In this document: in pieces, positions 1 through 12,409 of the stretch | Numbering within the stretch: the first letter of the stretch is position 1 | Layout: each line of letters starts with the position of its first letter | Origin: Octopus sinensis | Lineage: Eukaryota | Length of the DNA stretch: 64,000 bases | Direction: 5' to 3' | NCBI RefSeq assembly: GCF_006345805.1 | Contig: NC_042999.1 | Span: 35,154,001 to 35,218,000 of the forward strand | The notes under the pieces: generated by a model | The model's input: only the letters and a program-made list of their open reading frames with translations | What the model was told of the DNA's origin: nothing | The model's database searches: none | Translations under genes and position numbers: made by a program

Positions 1-974
1 ACGGCTTTTGGTCAACTTTCTCAATTACTGAGAAATCGAATAAATCAACATAGTGACATGTAAACTAAATATACAAATTCTTGTGGTATTTAAAAGTGCA
101 CCATGTATAATGGTTTCTTGTTGGACTGAAAAGGAAACCATTTTGTTGAGAATAATTGTATTCGAGGGTTTTAGTTTGATTCTGTGTAGGAATTTAATGA
201 TAAATTATAGAACATTCTTAACTCGTGACATTACTGGCCTGAGGGATCTTTGTTAAACATTCCATTCGAAATAAGTGCATCCGTTAGAGTGTCTCCGCTT
301 TTCATCATGTAGTTCCTTTTCTTCTTTTAAGTCTACTTTCTGTTTCCGTATCATTTTTACAATTTCTTCTTCAACCTTCCTTTTCTTCTCCTACTCCTAT
401 TCATCCTCCTTCGGTCTATTTTCCTTCTCTTTCACTTGCTTTTTCATTCTTTTCTACTTCTTCACCTTTCTCTTCTTTTCCTCCTGTTTCTTATTCGTCT
501 TTTTTTCTGTTTTGTTCTTCTTGTTCGTAATCTTGATTTTCTGGTTATTATCATTACTGTTGTTATTGATTCTGTTCATATGTCATTTACTACTTCTTTT
601 TATTACTCTCATACCCTCTGAATCTCTTTACATATACTCTTCAGCATTTTCTTCTCGTTGTTCTTGTTATTTCTGCGATATGTTCTTTGTTTTGTTTTTT
701 TTCATTTTGTTCCTTCCTATTTCCACATTGTATTATTTGTTTTTTGTTGTTGTTTTTTATGAAGAATTTCTGTGATGTTTTGCTGTTCGTCATGCCCACC
801 ATATCTCAGTTTATGTTTTATCTTGTTAGTACTTATAAATCTAATTTACCTCAGATCATTCTTTTAGAACCCATGGTTTGTTCCTTCTTTAATATATTAA
901 GAGATGCAAAACTGGGTGTTTTAAGTTAGTAGATGAGATCATAGAATTCTAACTAGAAATACTATTTAAACCCT

Positions 975-1300
975 TCGCTCATTATGAAACCTAGGCAACC
1001 GGCGACTTTTCTCCACTGTCCTCGACTACGAGCTATCTTTTTTGGTTTTCTCCAGTTGGATCAGCTCTGCAGCCTTGCATCTTCCTTTCGAATTTTGCTG
1101 TACCGCGTCATATGTTTCCCTCAAGGGAAGGTCTTTCTATCCTTGGTCTTGGTAGTTTTGAACTGTCATCGATGTAAGCTTAATTTCACCTCGAGAAAGC
1201 GATTGTCCATGTTATTCTCACCTTTATTCTTTGACCTATCTAGTATGGGTGGTCCTACCAGGCCCTTGTATTTTACTGGCATAGTTCTCAGGCTCATTGA
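975..1300 (-). mobile_element. Decayed RTE-clade LINE 3' fragment
   Basis: Minus-strand translation ends IARSRGQWRKVAGCLGFIMSEGFK*, resembling RTE ORF C-termini and the fragment at 32530; many stops upstream. Confidence 0.45.
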
Positions 1301-2152
1301 GGTTTACAAGCCGCTAAACCGCAAAAAGGACTGGGTCTTGTGTGGAACGAGAAACCTAGATGAAGAAATATGATTTTATACGTAAGATAATTATTGTCTG
1401 GGAACAGAATTATTGTAATTGTGAGAGAGAAAAACAGCAACCACCGAACCACATGCTTTCCAATATCCACATCTAAGTACCCTGCATGCGATCTACCGTA
1501 TTCATTCTTTTAAACCAAGTAACCTTTATACACAAGTGCATTGTTCTGTACAAATATAAGAATTTTTCATAATATAGAAATTAAATATATTTTCTACCTT
1601 TATTGTAATATTCAATAGGAAATAGAAAATCCTATCTAACAATATATTTTGCGATTAATGCAGCTCATTTCACGATAAATACTCTAAAGTGTTATCCTGA
1701 ATCTTATCTACATATTAATACAATTGCTATAATACAACTGTACCTACTTACCTTTTTTGTAACGCCTCAAACTATGGAACAAAATCGAATATATAAAACT
1801 TACGTCATTTGTGAGAATGCTGAATGATTGATAAACTATGAAATGAATTTGAAGAATAATTATGAGACGTACAATATTTATATTATTCGTAAGAGTGATT
1901 AATAAATATTTCACAATGATATGGTATAATATATTCTTCTGCTCATTTAGTGTTCTGTCGATTTTGGGATTGCTGTTATACTTGGATTGTTGTCATACTG
2001 CCACGGCGCCTCCATGTCAATCCAAGTAATTATTTTTAAGCTTGAACTTATATTATCGATGTGCATATGTCGAACCGCTATGTTATGCAACATCAAAAAT
2101 ACCACTACTTTGAAATAACTGAAAGATAAATATACGCACACATTCACTACAC

Positions 2153-2200
<48 letters not shown>

Positions 2201-2350
2201 TATATGAGTGGTGGTATCCTTTATATCTAACGTCTATCATCTATGCGGTCATCTTTCAAATGATGTAATGTTTCATTAATCAATTAAAGGAGTGACTTAA
2301 AACGGCTGTAATTAATTGACACCTCTACATCGTTATTCATTTATATCATA

Positions 2351-2397
<47 letters not shown>

Positions 2398-2692
2398 ATA
2401 TATATATACATATATATAGTGATTATGTGGTAAGCAGCTTCCTTACCAACCACATAGTTGGATATGGTAGACGGAAACTGAAAGAAGCCTGTCGTATATA
2501 TATATATATATATGTGTGTGTGGTGTGTGTGTGTGTGTATTAATAGTTATCGCCAAGCTAATATGGCAGTTCAGAAATATAGGACGAATGCTGCCGTTGA
2601 TTAGCTCAAGAAGCCATCGCCTCTAGCTACCTGTGTCCATTATAACCTCCGAACAGGGGAGGTCAGCCGCTTCCCCATGCTGTTCAGGCATA

Positions 2693-2731
2693 TGCAGACT
2701 AGTTTCAGGGTATTTGTCCCTTATCAATGCA
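2693..2731 (-). ncRNA. Minimal type I hammerhead ribozyme motif (U3:A8 variant)
   Basis: Minus strand: TGCA-TTGATAA-GGGACAAATACCCT-GAAA-CTAG-TC-TGCA. Stem I TGCA/TGCA, stem II GGG/CCC, palindromic stem III ACTAGT, GUC triplet. Confidence 0.6.
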
Positions 2732-2794
2732 GAGCAGCCGAACCCAGCAGGTGTCGCTACTGACCGCCTGTTCGAAGGAGTATTTACCTAAATT

Positions 2795-2927
2795 CAGTGG
2801 AATGCATCCACTGGTTTTCAAAAATTGAAATATGAATACGCTTGCTCAAGATGCCACGCAGTGGGACTGAACCCGGAGCCATGTGGTTAGTAAGCAAGCT
2901 ATTTACCACACAGACACTCCTGCGCCT
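2795..2927 (-). mobile_element. tRNA-type SINE family A, head fragment
   Basis: Matches heads of family A copies at 12772, 58808 and 62436 (GTGTGGTAA...GGTTCAGTCCCACTGCGTGGC). Confidence 0.8.
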
Positions 2928-2963
2928 ATATATATATATATATAATATATATATATACATACA

Positions 2964-3285
2964 TGCAGGCGTGGTTTTGTGGTAAGAAGCTTGCTTCCCA
3001 ACCACATTGCTCCAGATTCAGTCTCACTGCATGGCACCTTGAGCAATCAAACCTTATGAGTGGATTTGATAGGCGGAAAATGAAAGAAGTCATGGGTGTG
3101 TCTCCCCATCAATGTTTGACAACCGGTGTTGGTGTGTTTACATCCCTATAACTTAGTGGTTCGGGAAAACGGACCGATAGAATAAGTACCAAGCTTTAAA
3201 AAATTAAGTTCTGGGATCGATTTGTTCGACTAAAAGGCGGTGCTCCAGTTGGCTGCAGTCAAATGACTGAAACGAGTAAAAGAAC
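2964..3285 (+). mobile_element. SINE family A copy (internally deleted)
   Basis: A/B-box-like head and the shared tail GACTAAAAGGCGGTGCTCCAG...CAGTCAAATGACTGAAAC. Confidence 0.8.
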
Positions 3286-3298
3286 ATATATAATATAT

Positions 3299-3363
<65 letters not shown>

Positions 3364-5972
3364 GAGCAAAACGCTCCCCATCCAATGGACGGTGCTGAAT
3401 CATATCTGCTGAATAAAAAGCAATCAGTGTTTTCTTTTCATTAAAAAATAATTAAGCATGTCTTTATTGCAATCAAATTTTTGGTTTTGTTAAACGAAGT
3501 TAAAACAAAAAAAAAACTTCTTGAGAAACTAAATAGTCTTTCCTTCCTTCATGCCAAGTTTTAAGAAAATATCTCTTTTGCATCATACGTTTTTGGTCTC
3601 TTAAATATACTGCATTTTGTGGCATTATTTCTAGCCAGCCGGGTTTTTTGCGCAAACTACTCGTGTATTTTTCTCGCGTACGTGTAGTATCGATCGCAAT
3701 AGCTGATGTACTTGCGCGTACAAATGTACGTTCCCACGGCTTTATCGATCGCATTCTCACCTGGAATCGATTTTTGTAAGTTTTTCAAGACTTATACACG
3801 CCCTGATAACTGGTGAAAATGCAATCAATTAAACCGTATTTTTTTGGCGTCTGTATAAACTATTGAATGAAAGCAAATTAAATAATATTAAGTAATAAAT
3901 TATTCCAATTTATCTAGATTATAGTAATCTGATAGATATTATCATTCAGTAAATTTTATAACGAGTGATGACGCTGTTTTTTTTTTTGTTTTTGTTATAT
4001 TTTGATGGGTAATGATACTTTTTCACGTCTGATATTTTAATTTTGCGTCCGTTTCTATTTAGGAAGATTTGCACAATAAGCACTTTTTATATAAATATCA
4101 TCGGTAACACAGACTTAATATTATATTTTTTTATCTCAAAGTAATCTCATGTTAATAAAAAATACATGAAATGTCTTTGAAGTTCAATATTATATAAGCA
4201 GTAGAATGGGAAGTGAAGATGAGCAAGACAATAGATAGTTGAATGATAATAGAGTATTCGTTGCTTTGTAGGAGTTTGAAACTCGTTTTAGTAATACATG
4301 TAAATGTCAATAAAATTCATACAGTTTAGGTTTGAAGTGAACTTCTCATATCAATTTATTTGCCTCTCTTTATGAAATTCTTAAGTTCACAAAATAATCC
4401 TTCCTAGCAGAGTTAAAGAAATTATACTACTAACAAATTCAAAAAATATAAGAGCAGAAATGTAACTGACATTACAATTTCGAAACATGTTCAAACTTAA
4501 AGTATATATTGAGAAAGAAGTTGCAATGTTTCCATCGAGTGATACCTAACAAAATGTTTATTTTTTATCTCACAAGCTAAAGATCAATTTAAATGAGTAC
4601 ATTTTCTTCCTCTTTGATTAGCTATATATTTAGATGGTCTATTATATTTTCTTTGGGTAACTTACTTTTGGGTGTTTAACATTATGTAAATAGTTTGGAG
4701 AGAACTGCTTCTTTAAGAAGATATTTACCTATACCAAATATACATACAAAAAAACAGTTTTAGTAATGATTAAAATTCTCACATAGACCTTGATTTATTT
4801 TGTCTATATATATATTGATCTACCATTACAAAAATATATTTTGTGCAATATTAGTCACGAATCATGCTGAAAAAAACTCTTAATAACCACGTATCTCTAA
4901 CAATCTTTGCTTGAAAGTTCACTTTAGTTCTTATAGCAGAAGTGTCCTCACATGATTCTCACATTAATATTGTTCTTGAAGAAAGCAATATTTCAAAAGG
5001 TTTGTGCTCACTTGAGGATATCTTAGATTATCCTTTCTCATTATTCTATCTTTAGAATTTTGGCTGATTCTGCCGTTTTTTCGGAAATCTTGGCGCGAAA
5101 ACTACTTTTACTCTTACTGAGCGAGATTGTAGAAAAAAAACCACTCGGTAGTATTTATTTATTTCTCTTGGAGTCATTTATTTTTCCAGAAATGTTATGA
5201 AAAATCTTATATCGATTATATAATGAACTGTGGATTTTATAATGATCTCTACCAAACCAAAATCATTATCATTATTATCACCAATATTTCTCAGTACATT
5301 ACTGATGTTCTAATAGTTGGACGTACGAACTACTCACGTAACGTTTTTCTTCCGAAGTTCAGAAAAACTAAGCGAAATATAAAATTATTGGTTAAGCAGA
5401 AAATCTGTGGCATGGTATTCAAATGTTTTTATTATTGGCAACATTTCTTGTTAAATTGATTTTCAGTGTTGAATGTTGCTAACTTTCGTTCTAAGATGTT
5501 CATGAAATGACTAATTGCGTATAACATGTAGTAGTTACTTCCTAACAGTGATTTATTTGTATTAATATTTTAATATTTTTAACTTTTTGTGAGGAGAGGA
5601 GGCAGTGCCCATAATCCGTTCAAAGTCTCTGAGGTATGTGAGAGGAACGAAAGGCGTAGGAAGGGAGAGAAGAATGAAAAATGTCCTCAAGGCATAAACC
5701 TTACCCTTCATGTTTGCAACTTAAACGATATCCAAGAACAATTCGAAATACGTAATATTGATTTTCACTTATTCCTTTAATGTTCATTACAAAATGTAAA
5801 AATATTCGTCAAATTATTTTCATGCACTGCAGGTCAAATCACTTACCAAGGAAGTATAAGTTCGAAATATTCTAATTGTTCCCGTTATAATAATAAATGT
5901 TTGACAAATCCAAGAAAATAACATTAACCATAAAGTTTAAAAAATTGGCTTTTGGCCCGTGATCTATTTAAA

Positions 5973-6003
5973 CTAGCTAGACCCGTTGATATTCTACAGG
6001 GTA
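5973..6003 (-). mobile_element. Helitron-like 3' terminus
   Basis: Minus strand shows a CCC...GGG hairpin followed by CTAG then T; 5' end not located. Confidence 0.4.
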
Positions 6004-6329
6004 GACAACCTTTACAACATTCTTAGATTTTATATTCAAAAAATAATTTCCGCTGCTACAAAACAGATCGCACTGAAAACATTATGTCAACGAAGAGCAA
6101 CACGTGAAATACAATACTTTCTGGTGTGCACATTAATGGAAGATAAATTTTTGTAGTAGTTTTTTTTTTTTTTACTGAAAAATTGTTCATGTTTAAGTTT
6201 CACCATAGCTGCTAGAACAATTTCTGCTTAAACATCAACCTTTCTCATTAACGGTAGTTTATGATCAGAGTGGATCAAATGAAAAGTAACTACTGAATTG
6301 GTTTATTGAATATCCATACAAGAATTTAA

Positions 6330-6545
6330 AATTGATTTCAAATTTTGACACAAGACCGGTAAGTTTGAGTGAGACGTAAGTCGGTTACATCACCCCACCA
6401 CCAGTGCTCAACTGGTATTTATTTTACCTATCCCCGAAGGATAAAGACCTTGGCGGAATTTGAACTCAGAACGTAAAGACGGACGAAATACCGCTAAGCG
6501 TTTTACCTGACGCGTCAATAATTCTACCAGCTCACTGGCCTACAA
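6330..6545 (-). mobile_element. SINE family B copy with alternative tail
   Basis: Core GAGTTCAAATTCCGCC...GTACCAGTTGAGCACTGG shared with the other family B copies. Confidence 0.75.
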
Positions 6546-6561
6546 TAGTTTAATATATATA

Positions 6562-6828
6562 TTCTTTCACTTGTTTCAATCATTTGACAGCGGCCATGCT
6601 GGAATACCGCTTTAAAGGGTTTTAGTCTAGCAAATCGACCTCAGGACTTATTCTTTGTAAGCTTAGTACGTATTCTATCGGTGTCTTTTGCCGAACCGCA
6701 AAGTTACGGGGACTTATTCTGTGTAAGCCTAGTACTTATTTTATCGGTGTCTTTTGCCAAAACGCTAAGTTACGGGGACATAAACACACCAGCATCGGTT
6801 GTCAAACGATGGCTGGGGACGAACACAG

Positions 6829-6850
<22 letters not shown>
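6562..6850 (-). mobile_element. SINE family A 3' part with ~65-bp internal tandem duplication
   Basis: TTATTCT.TGTAAGC...GTTACGGGGAC occurs twice (about 6648 and 6714). Confidence 0.8.
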
Positions 6851-6862
<12 letters not shown>

Positions 6863-6955
6863 GTTTGGCCTATGCTTGCTTTCTTCCACTATTCCGATGT
6901 CGCCTGATCGGGAAGTAGAGGTATGTAGCATTTGAGAAATCTATTTTAGTGGAGG

Positions 6956-7012
6956 TTTACGCTGATGAAAGACATGGAGTTTTTATTCCTAATCTAGAAA
7001 CGCGTTCGTAAA
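6956..7012 (+). ncRNA. Type I hammerhead ribozyme motif (canonical core)
   Basis: TTTACG-CTGATGA-(AAGA...TCTA extended stem II)-GAAA-CGCG-TT-CGTAAA. Perfect 6-bp stem I, palindromic ACGCGT stem III, GUU triplet. Confidence 0.75.
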
Positions 7013-7204
7013 TAACCATTAGACTTTGCTTTCGTTGATTCTTCCTTCTGTTTTGCATATGTGACTTACAGGGATGTGTCGTATGTGGAGTCTCATTTGT
7101 AGAAAATAGAAATAAACAGTCTTTGACTGCTATTTCTAATTTTTCGGTATGTGGCTAAGCAACCTGTTGCGTGCCTCTTATATATATATATATATATACA
7201 TATA

Positions 7205-7821
7205 TATATAACGGGAAGCTTTATGAAAATAAACAAAAGACGAAGGCAGGTGGAAAACAAACGAACAATTGTATTAGTATGGCGCTCAGGAAATATAAAT
7301 AAAACAAGTCTTTAACGTTTCGAGCCTACGCTCTTCAACAGAAAGATACACAGAGAGAGAAAACACAGAAAGAAGGAGAGAAAAAAAATGCGTGCAGTAG
7401 CTAACGAATCAACATGGCGATCTGATTTCGGCCAGAGGTCAAAGATCAAACATGAGACGCGAGAGCGAAATAAGGGGAGATAATAGGGTTGATAAAACGG
7501 TTGAGGGACCAGCTAAAAGTGCGTGGGAGGGGTCTGGATGTGTGTATGTATAGGGTTGGTGTATGTATTAGTATGTATAAGGTTGTGTGTGTGTGTGTGT
7601 ATGAGAGAGAGTATTAGTGCGTAAGATTGGTCTGGACGTGCGTATGTATGGGGTTGGTGTATGTATTAGTATGTATTAGTATGTATTAGTACGTATTGGT
7701 ATGTATAGTGTGTGTGTGTGTGTGTGTGAGAGAGTATAAGTGCGTATGCAGGGTCTGGACGTGTGTATGTATAGGGTTGGTGTAAGTATTAGTATGTACT
7801 AGTATGTATTAGTACGTATTA
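7205..7821 (-). repeat. PLE terminal repeat (3' pLTR)
   Basis: Near-identical to 11724-12333; contains a hammerhead motif and three GGTCTGGA.GTG.GTATGTAT sub-repeats. Confidence 0.9.
7309..7346 (-). ncRNA. Minimal hammerhead motif in 3' pLTR (A6U core variant)
   Basis: TCTTT-CTGTTGA-A-GAGC GTAG GCTC-GAAAC-GTT-AAAGA. 5-bp stem I, 4-bp stem II, loopless ACGT stem III. Confidence 0.7.
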
Positions 7822-7879
7822 GTATGTATTAGTTGGTGTGTGTATTAGTATGGCACATCATATGTGATGTGATGTGTAA

Positions 7880-8225
7880 AGTCATGTGGTGTAGTGAGGA
7901 GAAGAGGGGGAGGGGGAGGGGAGAGAGGGGGGGAGAAGGGGAGGGGAAGAAGAGGGAGGAGAAGGGGGGAGAGGAGAGGATGGGGGAGAAGGAAGGGATG
8001 AGGGGGATGAAGGAGGAAAGAGGGAGAGGGGGAGAGAGGAAGGAGAGAAGGGGAGAGAGGGAGGAGGGAGCAGAGGGAAGGGGAAGAGGGAGGGAGAAAG
8101 AGGGAAGAAGGGAAGGGGAGTAGGGGTGAAAGGATGAAGGACTGAAGAAGTAGGGGGGGGGGAGAAAGGATAGGTGAGGAGGGGGGGGGGAGGTTAGATG
8201 AGGAGGGGGGGGGAGAGTTGAGACC
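7880..8225. repeat. Polypurine/polypyrimidine low-complexity tract in PLE 3' region
   Basis: Almost only G and A on the + strand for about 340 bp. Confidence 0.85.
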
Positions 8226-11105
8226 AAATGGCGTATAAGAGCGAAGAGAGAAGATTAATTCCTGTTCACGGCGCAAACGGGAATCCGGATGGCCTCTGTG
8301 TAAGGACAAACCGAACACAGATAGGTGTTGCAAGGAGTGACCGGTGGAGCGGAAATGGCGTGAGACCGGTGTGTGTCGTTCGCAAGGTGGATGTCACGAA
8401 GGTGTTCCGCGAACGGTCAGCCAAGCGGCGTCCCGTTTGTCCGATGTACAAGGAATTGCAGAGAGAGCAAGAGATGCAATAGATAATATTGCTGGAGGTG
8501 CAGGTGAAGGAGTGGATGATGGGATAGGGTCGATGGTGGGTGCTAGTGAGGCGGGTGGTGTTGGAGAGGTAAGGGCAAGTGCGGCAACGTGGGCGGGAGC
8601 AGGGGAACGAGCCGGGTTGGGAGGTAGGGTCAGGGAAGGAGCTATGGACCAAAAGGTCTCGAAGGTTGTGGGCTCGTTTGAAAGAGGGGAGGGGTCGGTT
8701 AGGGAAGAGGTGTGAAGTGGACGGGTCGGACTGGAGATGACGGAAAGCTCGAAGAATGGTGCGTTGAGACGTAGGGTCGTGGGGTGGTAAGTGAGGGGAA
8801 AAGGGAGGCGGGAGACTACAGGGCGGGTTCGGGGAGAGAGAGAGCAGATACACGGTCCACGGACCGTGCTCTGGCAAGGGCGGTGTGGATAGTGGTGAGG
8901 GGGTATCCACGTAGGGTGAAGTGGTGAGCCATACGTTGAGACTGAGTCTCAAAGTCATGGTCGTCACTACAGAGCCTACGTAGACGGAGGAATTGGAATA
9001 GGGGATGGAAAGCTTGGTGTGTTCTGGGTGGGAGGAAGAGAAGTTGAGGTATGAGTGTGAGTCTGTGTGTTTGTAGTGAATGGAGGTGGTAAGAGTGGAG
9101 TGAAGAATGCTAACCGAAATGTCGAGGAAGGAGACAGAGGTGTTGGAGATAGTGGAAGTGAAGTGGAGGGCTGGATGGAAAGATTGGACGAAAGAGAGGG
9201 AGGAATCTAGATGTTCGCGGGAGAGTGAGGTGGCACCGATAATGTCGTCAATATAACGACCATATAGTTCAGGAGTGGGACCAGTGAAATTAGAGAATAT
9301 TTGGGCCTCAACATAGCCAACGAACAGGTTCGCATAGTTGGGGCCCATTCGCGTTCCCATGGCCACTCCCGAGACCTGATGGTAGAACTCGCCCGCGAAC
9401 GAGAAGCAGTTCAGAGTAAGGACAAGTTCGGCCAGACGAATGAGTGTGGAGGTGTCAGGTACAGGGTTAGAGCGGAGGTCAAGAAAGTGTCGAAGGGCCT
9501 GCAGTCCTTCGTGGTGAGGGATAACAGTATAGAGGCTTTGGATGTCCATAGTAAAAAGGATTTTGGAGGAGCCGAGGAGGAAAGGAGAAAGAGTTGAAAA
9601 GCCGGAGAGCATGGTTGGTATCGTGGATGTGGGAGGGGGAAGAGATGCCACTAGGGGGGCAAGGACACGGTCGAGGTATTTAGAGATGAGCTCCGTGGGG
9701 CAGTGTTACAGGGGAGACGATGGGGCGGCCAGGGTTGTTGGGTTTGTGGATTTTGGGGAGGAAGTAAATGATGGGGGTACGTGGGGTTCGCACAATTAGG
9801 TTGGATGCGGTGCGGGGGAGACGGGAGGACGAGATGAGGTCTTGGACAGTAGAGGATACCGTCTGTTGGTAGCTACGTGTGGGGTTAGAGGGCAGAGGGG
9901 AATAGAAGGAGGTGTCATTGAGTTGGCGGAAAGCCTCGGCCCTATAGAGGTCCGCGCGCCACACCACTACAGCTCCACCCTTGTCAGCCGGTTTGATGAT
10001 AATGTCAGCGCGCCGTTGGAGGGAACGAAGAGCCAAGAGCTCAGCCGGGGAGATGTTGAGGCGGCGTTGGCGCCTGGAGAAGTTGAACCGCTCCAATGCA
10101 CGCTGACAAGCGCCCGCGAAAAGATCCACTGCTAGGATCTGGCCAGGGGCAGGCGTCCACGGGGATGGTCGGCGGCCCAGGCCAGTGAAGCAGTCGTCCT
10201 CTTCGTTGGGTGTGGGTGGCGAGTCGTGGTAATGCGCACCCAACCGGACACGGCGCACAAAGCTGTGACATCAACTCGCGTCTGGAATTCCTTACAGGAT
10301 GGAGTGAGGGGGATGAAACGCAGACCCCTACCAAGGACGGAGCGTTCAGCCGCAGAGAGGGGAATCGGGGGGAATGGTAACAACAGACGGAAGTGGAGAA
10401 GGGGTGGATGGAATAGAAGTAGGAGGGGTGGTAGGTCTCGTGGAGGTCTGAGGGGGAGGGATTGGAGAGGTGTGTGGGGGTGGTTGGGCGGGGCAGTAGG
10501 GTTAGGTGTAGGTGGATGGAGCCTAACGGGAGGGGAGAAGGGGTTGTAGGGAGGGGCAGTGGGGTTAGGTGTGGGTGGATGGAGCCTATCGGGAGGAGAG
10601 AAGGGTGGTGGAGGAGTTGGGGTAGTGGCGTCGGGTAGGGTGGAATGGAGAGTGATTGGAGTTTACGAAGTTTGGTATCAGAAAGAAATTGATGGAAGAG
10701 TTGATTCAAATGGATAATGAAGCGTAGCGTGTTTGTGAGGATAGAGAGGCGGCAGAGAGGAGAAGAAGGTGGAGAAGCAGGAGGAAGAAGGCGGTTGATG
10801 GCATGTAGTTTGGAGAGATTGGAGCGAATGGTGGCCCGCATAAGGCGGTAAGATGTGGTGCGGAGTATGGGTAAGATGGAAGAATCCGAGTGGAGAGCAG
10901 GGTGGAAGTGGAGGCGGAAACCTTTAGGGATGAGTCGGTGATGTAGGCAGCGGCTTAGGAAAGAGACATGGCTAGAGAAGCGGGTTTTTTTAAAAAGAGG
11001 TAGAGAGAGATTAACGGACGGCTGAAGGCAATATACAGGAAGCGAACGTAGATGATCCTTCAAACGGTGATGGAGAGTGAGGAGGTAGGACCTAGGATCC
11101 GGCAT
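8200..11105 (-). pseudogene. PLE polyprotein (RT plus GIY-YIG endonuclease), frameshifted
   Basis: ORF pieces 10041-11105, 10132-10383, 9680-10258 and 8266-9651 carry IIIKPADKGGAVVVW, FLPKIHKPNNPGRPIVS, MDIQSLYT, GVAMGTRMGPNYANLF, RYIDD, CSRPRCRTC and NIIYCISCSLCNSLYIGQTGRRL. Confidence 0.92.
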
Positions 11106-11723
11106 GATGGGATAGCGGAAAAAAACGTTCGAAAAAACAAAAAAAAAACAAAAAACAAAAATTATCGTATGAAAAAAATAGAAAAAAAGGATAGCGAAAA
11201 AAGGGGAAAAAACAAACGTTCAAAAAAACAAAAAAATAATAATCGTATGAAAAAACTAGATAAGTAAGCGATATGGGCAGAAAAGACGGGGCAAACGAAA
11301 AAGGGAAAGAAAGAAGGGAAGCAGAGAGAGGGGGAGGCAAAAAAAGGGGGGTGCAGGCAGAGGAAACGGAGTATGGACATCCAGAGAGGGAAGAAAGACG
11401 GAAAGGAGAACAAAAATTCAGGAAAATGTGGGAAGCATGAAATGAATGAAAAAAAAGTGGTAATATAAGAGGAAATAAAAATACAACAAACGGGACAGTT
11501 TATGCGAACAAGTTCAAGGTTGAAAGTTCAAGGTGAGAAATGTGTAGACGTCGTGGTATATTTTTTAAGGATTTCACATCAATGCAAAGTCACTTTGATC
11601 CGCGAAAGAGAGGTGCAGCCAATGGTAAGTATCCAAGAGGTAAAGAAAATCCAAGGTAGAGGTAAGTGTTGATAGTGGTATTGGTAGAATATAGGATGAA
11701 AGTGAGACCACGTGAGCGCATAA

Positions 11724-12333
11724 TATATAACGGGAAGCTTTATGAAAATAAACAAAAGACGAAGGCAGGTGGAAAACAAACGAACAATTGTATTAGTATG
11801 GCGCTCAGGAAATATAAATAAAACAAGTCTTTAACGTTTCGAGCCTACGCTCTTCAACAGAAAGATACACAGAGAGAGAAAAACACAGAAAGAAGGAGAG
11901 AAAAAAAATGCGTGCAGTAGCTAACGAATCAACATGGCGATCTGATTCGGCCAGAGGTCAAAGATCAAACATGAGACGCGAGAGCGAAATAAGGGGAGAT
12001 AATAGGGTGATAAAACGGTTGAGGGACCAGCTAAAGGTGCGTGGGAGGGGTCTGGATGTGTGTATGTATAGGGTTGTGTATGTATTAGTATGTATAAGGG
12101 TGTGTGTGTGTGTGTATGAGAGAGTATTAGTGCGTAAGATTGGTCTGGACGTGCGTATGTATGGGGTTGGTGTATGTATTAGTATGTATTAGTATGTATT
12201 AGTACGTATTGGTATGTATAGGTGTGTGTGTGTGAGAGAGAGAGAGTATAAGTGCGTATGCGGGGTCTGGACGTGTGTATGTATAGGGTTGGTGTAAGTA
12301 TTAGTATGTACTAGTATGTATTAGTACGTATTA
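11724..12333 (-). repeat. PLE terminal repeat (5' pLTR)
   Basis: Direct repeat of 7205-7821; offset 4519 bp at the hammerhead-containing end. Confidence 0.9.
11828..11865 (-). ncRNA. Minimal hammerhead motif in 5' pLTR (A6U core variant)
   Basis: Identical to 7309-7346. Confidence 0.7.
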
Positions 12334-12375
12334 TATATACATATATATATATATATATATACATACATACATACA

Positions 12376-12409
<34 letters not shown>

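Larger units (their letters stand above)
7205..12333 (-). mobile_element. Penelope-like retroelement (Neptune-type), near full length, pLTR-ORF-pLTR, inserted in (TA)n
   Basis: Direct repeats 7205-7821 and 11724-12333 are nearly identical; RT and GIY-YIG ORF pieces lie between them; (TA)n at both flanks. Confidence 0.93.

Noticed and set aside
275-929. F/S/L-rich + strand ORFs
   Set aside because: Low-complexity pyrimidine-rich DNA; no domain motifs on either strand.
3370-3870. Possible DNA transposon remnant (ORF 3500-3760)
   Set aside because: No paired TIRs, TSD or transposase motif identified.
8228-10549. + strand ORFs overlapping the PLE
   Set aside because: Antisense shadows of the GC-rich PLE coding strand.
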